A DNA stretch of 64,000 bases from an uncultured bacterium. GTDB lineage: Bacteria; Planctomycetota; Phycisphaerae; SM23-33; FEN-1343. Position numbers and translations under genes: made by a program. Each line of letters starts with the position of its first letter. Positions within the stretch are counted from its first letter, which is position 1. The stretch is from positions 936 through 64,935 of the forward strand of contig CBDVCA010000002.1 in NCBI GenBank assembly GCA_965372365.1, given 5' to 3'. A model generated the notes under the pieces. That model had not been told where the DNA came from. It ran no database searches and was given only the letters and a program-made list of their open reading frames with translations. Positions 35,801 through 44,800 of this stretch are shown here, one piece after another.

Positions 35801-38800
35801 CGCCGGACTCGGCGCCGAGAAGATCTTCCAGCGATATCTCCCCGCTGACGACCAGCGGACTGCCGTCGAGGGCGTCGACGGTGATCAACTCGGCCGCTTC
35901 GAGGGCCGCGACCGAAATCATCGTCGTCGGGTCGAATTCGTTGCTGCCGATGAAGCCCATCTCCAGCAGGTCACGCAGTGTGTACGTGCTGGCGTCGGTC
36001 AGCAGGTCGAGGCTGACGTCGATAGCGTCGGAGACCTGGTCGGTCACGACCATGATCTCGTCGCGCTCGGTGCGAAGCGTGACGCCCAGGGCGATCAGTT
36101 GCGAAGCGGTAATCAGCCGCGAGCCGATCAGGTCGTCGTAATCGATGTACTGCCCGGCGGTGAGATCGCCGGCGTCGACCAGGTCCAAGTCGATCAGGTC
36201 CATCAGGCCGACATTGACCACGTCGGTGTTGATGAGGTCTTCGAGCGATACGTTGCCCCCCGAGACGATCCCGCTACCGTCGAGTGCGTCTTCGTCGATG
36301 GCCCCGAGGCTCTCCAGCGTGGCGACCGACAGCAGGGCGCCGCCATTGAAACTGGCCAGCGTGATCAGGTCGAAATCGACCAGATCACGCACGTCGATCA
36401 GCGACATATCCAGCATGTTGTTGAGGATATCCAGCTTGGGCAACTCGAAGTTCGGGTCGATGGCGCCCAGTTCGACGAGCGTTTCGAAAGACGCCTCACC
36501 GAGATTCTGTAGATTGCGAAGATCGAATTCGTGCAGGTTGAAGTCGAACAGGCTCGGCAGGCGGAGGATCTGGGTTTCGGGGTCGAAGGAGATTTCGACG
36601 CCTTCGGGGAGGATGCCGGCGTCGGAGAACTCGCGGATGAAGTCCTGCACGCTGCGGATCTGGGCGGGGTCGATCTTGCTGAGAATCTTGTCGTTGAACG
36701 CCGTCGCGAAGTCCAGCAGGTCGCCGAGGTTCTTGTTGATCAGCGGGATCTCGGTCTGCATGAAGTCGGCGCCGCTGAGGCTGTCCAGCCAGTTCAGCGT
36801 GCCCTGTAGCATGGCGATGAGCGTGCCGATGTTGAAATCGCTGAAGTCCAGCAGGCGGTCGAGGTTTTCGGTGGTGAACTCCAGCGGCGGCGCGCCCGCT
36901 GTCGGGAACAAGGCTCCCTCCAGCCCCACACGCGGCGTACCTTCGGCGGTGCTCCCCAGCGCGACCCCGCCCAGTTCGGCGTAGATGGGCAGGTCGGCGT
37001 GGACGGCGTTGCCGGGTTGGCCGCCGACTTCGTCGAACAGGCGGAATGCGATATCGGCCGCCGAGAACAGCAGGTCGCCGCGGGCCAGTTCGGTTGCGTT
37101 GTTGTACGAGAGCCGTCCGCCGAGGGTCAGGGACATCTCGCCCTTCTCGGCGTCGATGTCGCCGATTCCCACTTCCAGCGGGCCGACGGTGGCGCCGATG
37201 ATGAGGTCGTTGACCGAGCCGGTGGCGGTGAAGTCATAGTGGTCCAGTTCGAAGCTCACGTCGCCGCCGCTGGACCAGTCGAACGTCAGCTTCGCCTCGA
37301 CATCCTGGGTGATATTCAGGTCCAGCGTCGCGTCGCCGTCAATCGCCAGGCCGATGTTCTGGGCGCCGGCGCCGAGGTTGATGCCGACCGATCGCTCGAA
37401 CGGCATGCTCGTGGCGAAGGTGATCTCGATCGCGTCGCTTCCGATCAGTTCCCAACTGAGGGCCCCGGCCTCGCCGCCGAGGGTGGGCAGCCAGTTCTCT
37501 TGCAAGTACTGGAAGAACCCGCCCATGGTGGGCGCCCCGCCGCCGTAGTAGTCGGTGTCGCCCTGCCCTAGCGGGATGAGCGGATCGCGGACGAAGTCGC
37601 CCTGGTCCATGTGGGGGTTGAGGTAATGGCGAACGAAGTGGCCGATATTGAGGATCGAGCCGATACCCAGCACGCCGTCGAGGGTAATATCGGTTCCCGG
37701 GAGCGTGTCGGAGAGGAAGCTGCCCGAACTGATCGCCTCGCCGGTGGCCGCGTCGTATTCGATGACCAGGTCGCCGCGGAGGTCGATAATCGTCGAGCCC
37801 AGCATATCCATCGCGAGGAAGGCCAACTCGTCCAGGATGCCGCTGATATCCCGCAGGTCGGCGTCGAAGCCGGGGCTCAACTGGCCGTCGAAGAAGTCCG
37901 TATCGGCGAACGTCACCGTTGCCAGCGGCACAGCCGCGCCGCCGGCGCCCAGTTCCAGCGGCAGCGAGATGCTGACCTGGTTGGTGTGGACGGCGGCGCC
38001 GTCGCCGTTACGGATCGAGTCGAACCCGAACGAGCCGTCGTCGTAGGTCACCGTACCGCCGATATCGAGAGAGAGGCTGCCGCCGCCGTCGGTGCTCAGC
38101 TCGATGCCCTGGTAGCTGACGCCGAGGTCGATTGTGCTGGTCGAGAAGGCCCCGTCGAAGCCGAATTCGTCGAAGTCGAACGTGAACTCGCCGGTCGACA
38201 GGTTCACGCCCATGCTGAATTGCAGCAGCGTCGAAAGGGCGATGTCGGCGTCGAGGGAGCCGATCAGCGTAAGGCCGACGTCGCCGAGGTCGGTTCCGAC
38301 GTCGAGTGAGAAGTCGTCGTTGAAGCTGTAGCTGCCGTCGAAATGGATGGTGAGCTGGTCGCCGACGATGCTCGGTGTGATAAACCCGCCGCCGAGCCCC
38401 GCCCCGATGCCCGGCAGGGTGGGTACGTAGTGGGCGGTGAGGAACGTGACGAGGTCGTCCCAGATTTCCGTCGTCGTAACGCCGCCGTCCTGTACGGAGT
38501 CGACGCCGACCCAGTTGATTTCGTCAAGGTAGTCGAAGAGGTACGAGTCGATATCGAGCAGGGCCTCAAGCCCCGAGGCGGTGGGGACGTCGCCGAGGCC
38601 GTTGTCGTTGCCGGCGCCGAAGAAGCTGTCCAGCGAGCGTCCCGTGCCCGGCAGTTGGATATCCAGCAGTCCGGCATCCAGGAGGCCTTGCTTGAGGTCG
38701 CCGATGACGCCGGCGAGGTCTTCCAGCAGGCTTCGGATGACGCTGTTGGCCAGGCCGCCGAGGCCGCCGACGATATCGGGGGAATTAATCAGGATCGGAT

Positions 38801-41800
38801 CGTGGGCGCCGGGGGTTGCGCCGAACAGGTGGCGAAAAACCTCTTCCAGGCCGGTATTGGCCGTTCCGCTGCCTACGGGGGTGTTGGCGTAGGCGGGGTT
38901 GGAGCGGATCCACAGCGGCCACGTACCCAGGCCTTCGAATTGCGTGGTGACGCCGAACAGGTCCATCTCCAGCGGCAGCAGGACTTCGAACCCGCCGTCG
39001 ACGCCGGTGAAGATCACGTTATCGCCGAGGAGGGTCTCGCTGAAGCGGTACAGCCCGTCGTTGGTGACGCCCGTGCCGGGCTGCTGCTGGAGTTCGAAGG
39101 TGATCGTCACGAAGTCGGAGTGGTCGTCCGGGTCGCCCAGTTCGGGGTTGGTGGTCGAATCGCCGTCGGCGTCGATGGTGATGGCCGGATGGTAGAGAAC
39201 CGGGTCGAGGACGCCGTTCTCGTCGAGGTCGAACTGGGCGTTATCGAAGGTCGACAGGCCGATCGAATCGAAGATACTGAAGCTGATATCGAGCGATTGC
39301 CCCAGCACCTTAAAGCCGGCCGCGACGCGAGTGCCTTGCTGGAGCGGGGCGTCCCAGTCGTACAGGAACACGTCGACGGGCTGTCCGTCGGCGCGTGGGC
39401 CGAGGTCGACGCCGGCCTGGATCTTCAGTTCGGCGAAGGCGCTGAAGACCAGTTCGCCGGCGGCGTTGATCGAGACGAGATTATCAAGACCGGCCAGTCC
39501 GCCGGGCAGTCCGCCCGCCATCAGCCCCGCCAGGGCTTCGAGGTCGAAGTTGAACGGGACGGTTTCGGAGATGTCCTGGTCGAGGTTCAGGCTGAGCCGC
39601 AGGATGTTGCCTTCCATGCGGACGCCAAAAATGTCCGAGTCGGTATTGATATCGAGCCCGAGGACGTCCATCAGCATCCCGACCAGCGCCTGAACGTCGT
39701 TACCCGGATCGTGCAGGAACCGTTCGACCTTCGTCACGGCGTCTTCGAGATCGGTGATGACGCTCAGTAGTTCGGCGGGCGACTTGTTGATGATCGGCAG
39801 CTTCATATCCGGCAGCAGTTCGTACAGCGGCGACTCGGCGTCGGTCACCCAGAACGGCAACTGGTCGATCGCGTCGCGTACGTAGTCCCTCGCCCGCAGC
39901 AGCATGCTCATCAGGTCTTGGAGCCCGAGCAGTTCGCTGACGCCGAAGACGCCCGGCAGGTCTTGCAGATCAAGGGAGATGTAATTATCGTCGCTTTTGG
40001 ACAGCGACAGGTCGTCGACGCTCAGGACGATTTGTCCGCCGTGACCGATCGGGATGCCGCCAAGGCCGGTGTTGACCTTGATGCCGCGGAGCGTGGCCCG
40101 GGCCTCGCCGGTGGTTTCGACGACCCATTCGTCGTCGTCGGCGCCGGTGATCAGTTCGGAGACGAGGAACTGGCGGTCGCCGGTGGTGGCGAGGGCGCCG
40201 TCGGCGTCCAATACGCCGGTGCGGGTGATGTCGACGTGTACGAGGCTCTGGAGCCCGGCGACGTCGGCGAGCGTTACGCCGATGAATCCCAGGCGAGCGG
40301 CGACGTCCAGATCGCGAACGTCGAAGCCGACTTCGCCGGTAGCCGCGGCGTCATCGACCCACCACGTCAGCCCCTCGCTTCCGGTGGGGCCGTCGATGTC
40401 GGCGATAAGATCGAAGGTGGCCGCGGCGGCCGCGCTGATGTCGGCGACGGCGTCGGTGACCATGCCCACCAGGTCCAGGCCGTACTCGCCGGCCAGCGAG
40501 ATCGTCTGGTCGCTGAGGCCGAAGACGTTGGCGTCGTGGCCGTTGACGTCGCGAGGGGTGATCAGGCCCATTTGGGCCAAGTCCGCCGCCGAAAGCAGCG
40601 GCTCGTTATCGCCGGCCATGATCGTATCGATCAGGTCGTCGAGGTCGACGTGATCGTTCTCGTCGATCAGGCCCGAGTCGATCAGTCGCGCCAGCGGCAC
40701 GGGGGCCAGGTCCAGCGCGTCGTAGTCGACGGCGCCCAGGTCATCGAGCTCCGCTCGGGGGATAATCGCCTCGCCGGTGAGGCTGACTCCGTCCAGTTGC
40801 CCCTGCGTCGCCAGGCCGGCGTTGATGACGCCTTGGGTGCTGATCGTCACGTCCAGCAGGTCGGCGGCGACCAGGTCGGCTTCGGTGACGGTCTCGCCGG
40901 TGGCGGCGGTGTAGGCGCCGGCGGTCAGGTCGCCGGCGGCGACCGTAGCGGTCACCAATCCCGCTTGGGCGAGGGCGGCCGCGGAGATCAGTTCGCTGGC
41001 CAGCAGTTGGCGCGGGTTGATCGAGGCGCCCGACATGCCGGCGGCGGTGAGGGCGGCGTCGGCGACCAGTCCCGGGCCGGTCAGATCCGTACGGGTAATA
41101 TCGGCGCTGAAGAACCCGTACATGCCGAGGTCCGCAGCCGTAATCAGGTGCGACTCGGGATCGCCGCCATCCAGCAGCGTCGCCAGCAGTGCAGCCAGTG
41201 GCTCGGCGGTGAAGACGCCGCTGTCCACTTCGTCTTGTGTGGCCAGGCCGGTATCGACGAGTTGATCGCCGGTGAGCAGGTTCAGCGCGATCAATTCAGC
41301 CAGATCGACGGTCGCCTCGACGAGGCCGGCGTCGATGAGATCCTGCGCCGTCGCCAGACCCGACCCCAGCAGATCGGCGATGTCCACGCCGGTCGAGTAC
41401 AGGCCGTTGTCGATCAGGAGTTGCTCGGTGATGCCCAGCCCGGCGCCGATCAGATCGTCCTTGGCGGCTCCGCTGCGGAGCAGCTGGTCCAACGTGACCA
41501 GTTCCGACTCGATCAGGTCGGCGATCGCCACGTCGCCGGGCGCTACGCCGGCCGATTGCAGTTGCCCCAGCGTAACCAGCGGCGAGCCCACCAGCGCCTG
41601 CAGCGGCACGCGTCCGCTGCGGTCGTCCAGCGAGTTGTCTCGCAGTTGCTCCAGCGTGACCACGCCGGCGGTCAGCAACTCGGCCAAGTCCACGTGCGTA
41701 CCCAAGAGCCCCGCGGCCACCAGTTGCGACGCCGTCACCAGCCCCGCCCCGACGAGGGCGGCCGTCGCGACCGTGTCGAGCCCGTTGATGGCGTCGGCCG

Positions 41801-44800
41801 TCGCCAGACCCAGGTTCACCAGCAACTCCGGGTCGCCCAGATCGTCCAGGTCCATCGCCACGGTTCGCTTCAGACCGTCCAGACTCACTTCGGTCACCGT
41901 CAGGTCGCCCGGTTGGACGAGCCCGGCGTCGAAGAGTCCGCCGGGGGTGAGCAAGTGGATCACGCCGGCGTCGTACAGGTGCGTATCGGCGACCAGATCG
42001 AGCGAAAGCAGATCGTCCTTATCGACCGTCGCGGCCGGGTTGAAGTGGGACGGATCGATCACGCCCGTCCAGACGAGATCATACAGGTGAGCCAGATCGT
42101 CGCCCAGCAGGCTGGCGGCTCCGTTGAGGACGACTTCGTCGCCGACGATTACGCCGGCGGCGTCCAGCAAAGTCTGGTCGAGTACGTCGGCGTCCAAGAC
42201 GTCCTCGGTCTGCCGTGCGATTACCGACGCGGCCAAGTCTCCCGAATCCACCAACCCTTCGTCAATCAGCGACTCCAGCGACACCAGCCCCGATTGCAGC
42301 AGCGCGTGCAGCGAAACGTTCCCTTCGTCGATCAGCCCGTTGCCGGTCAGCGCCACCGACGTCGTCAGTCCCGACGTCGTCAGATCCGTCGCGGCCATCG
42401 CGATATTCTGGAAATGCCACCTAGCCAAAATCCCCTGATCGACCAAGTCTCCCAAGCCGGCGAAATTGCGGACGATCAGGTCGTTCACATCGACCAGTCC
42501 CGCCGCGGCGAGGTCGCCGATGTAGTGGTCTTCGACCACGTCGTACAGCCGAACCTCGTGGGCGCTGATGAAGTTGTTCAGGTCGCCGGGCTCGAACAGG
42601 CTCGACGCTTCGAGGTCGCGGATATCCAGCCCGATCGCCTGGTCGGCCAGGTCGGCCTCGGAGATGAATCCGGCGTCGATGAGCGAGGTGAGCGTTACGC
42701 CGGGAAGATCCAGCGTAAGCAGGTCGTACAGGTTGACGATCGGCTCGCGGTCGGCCGGTACGTCCACGCCGAAGTCGGCTTCGATAGTGGCCGCGGTCAG
42801 CGGCGCATCATCGAAATCGAAGTGCGTGAGGAATCCGGCGTCGATGAAGTCGGTCAGCGTGACGGTGAACAGGATCGAGCCCAGCAGCGTGTCCTCGGCG
42901 GCCACCGCGCCGTGAGCGACCAGCGGGGCGTTGCCTACGTGTACGACGCGGTCGAACTCGCCGTCCTCGAACATCGGCTCCCCGCCCAGCAACATCGCTT
43001 CCAGGACGCTCTGTTCGAAGACTTTGTTAATAAACGCGTCGGCGCGGAGCACGCCGCCGGCGACCAGCGACGCGAACGACAGATTCGGGTCGGTCAGCAG
43101 CGCCTCGATGAGGATGTAGTCGTCCATCCCCGCCACTTCGCCGGCAAGCCCGTTGTCGTCGACATATTTCTGCCCGACGGCGTTGGACTCCAGCAGGTCT
43201 TCGAGGCTCACGCGGCCGTCGACGAGCAGATCGCTTGCGGTCACCAAACCCACGTCGACCAGGTGTCGCAGGGAGACGGCGCTGTCGTCCCACAGGTCGG
43301 TCCATCGCGTCAGGCCGCTCCCGACGACGGTTTCCAGGTCGGTCAGCCCCGATGCCAGCAGGTCTTCCAGGTCGACCGTATCGCCGGTGACGCCGTTGTC
43401 GGTGAGGGCCTTGTTGCTGACGGCGTTGGTCGACAGCAATATCGCCAGCGTAACGGCGGTCGTCGTCAGGGGGGCGCCGGCGAGCCAGCCTTGGGCGGCC
43501 GCGTCGGAGAGGCTGAGCAGTTCGAGGTCGAGCAGGTCGTCGAGAGAGGCGATCCGGTCGTTGGGGCCGCCCGCCACCTGCAGCAGGGCGTTGTCGTCCA
43601 GCGCCCGCGGCGAGACCAATCCCGACGCCAGCAGGTCGTGTTCGCTGACGGTCACCGCGCTGAGGTCGAAGTCGCTCGCCGTCAGAACCCCGGCGTCGAT
43701 CAGGTCGCTGGTGCTCGCCAACCCTGCGCCCGCCAACGCGGCCGGCGAGACGATATCGACGCCGGCGGCGTTCTGGGTAACGTGCGGGGCCAGCAGGCCG
43801 GCGCCGATGATATTGGACGCCAGCAGGTCGTCGCGGTCCACGCCGCCTTGGACGAAGATCTCGTCCAGCGTCGCGTCGCCCAAGTCGGCCAGATTGTCGT
43901 TGGTCAGTAGCCCCAGTTCGTGCAACTGTTGCACGGTGACGGACGTACTGGCGACCAGGGCCGCGATCGATACGGTGTCGCCGTGGTCGATCAGCGACAG
44001 GTCTTGGAGGCTTTGAACGGTGGCCGCGTCGAGCCCCACGACGTCCAGGTCCACCTGGCCGAGGTCGTTCAGGTCGGCTACGTGGAGTTCGCCGAGCGTG
44101 ACAAGGTCTTCAATCGTCAGCAGGCTCGACTCGATCAGCGCCGCGGCGCCGAGGCGTTCGAGCAGGTTAGTGTCGAGCAGGTTGGTCGCCAGCAGGTCGG
44201 TTCGCGTGACGGTTCCCAGGTCGGGGAGGTCTTCGTGGGTGATGAACTGGAAGTAGACCAGGTGCCTTAACTGGATGGGGCTGTCGGCGAGGAGCGTGTC
44301 GAGGTCGATGATCGACCCGGGGCCGATGAGGCCGCCGTCGGCGATAATGTCGGTGAGAAGATCGCCGGCGACGTCGGCGATTTCGGAGGTCTTCCAGGCG
44401 TCCAGTATGGCGTCGGCGGGGCCGAGGATGCTCTGTCGGGCCAGATCCTCGAGGGTCATCAGGGTCGAGTCCAGCAGCGAGCGGATGGGCAACTGCTCGG
44501 TGATCAGATCGCGGAGGTCGACCAGGGATCCGGAGACCAGATCGGCCAACGTCGCGGCTTCGGAGTCCAGCAGTTCGTGGACATCCAGAGCGTTCAGCGT
44601 TAGGTCGGCTACGTTCAACAGGCTGCGGTTCACCAGTTCGGCCGCATCGAACAACGCCGCGTCCAGCACCTCAGACAGCGCCGCCGTCGTCGGTAGGAGG
44701 TTGCCGACGGTGACGAGGCCGGCGTCGAGAAGCTCCAGCAGGTCGACGATTCCCTCGTTCACGATCTGATGCAGCGAGACGGTTCCGCCGTTGACCAGCG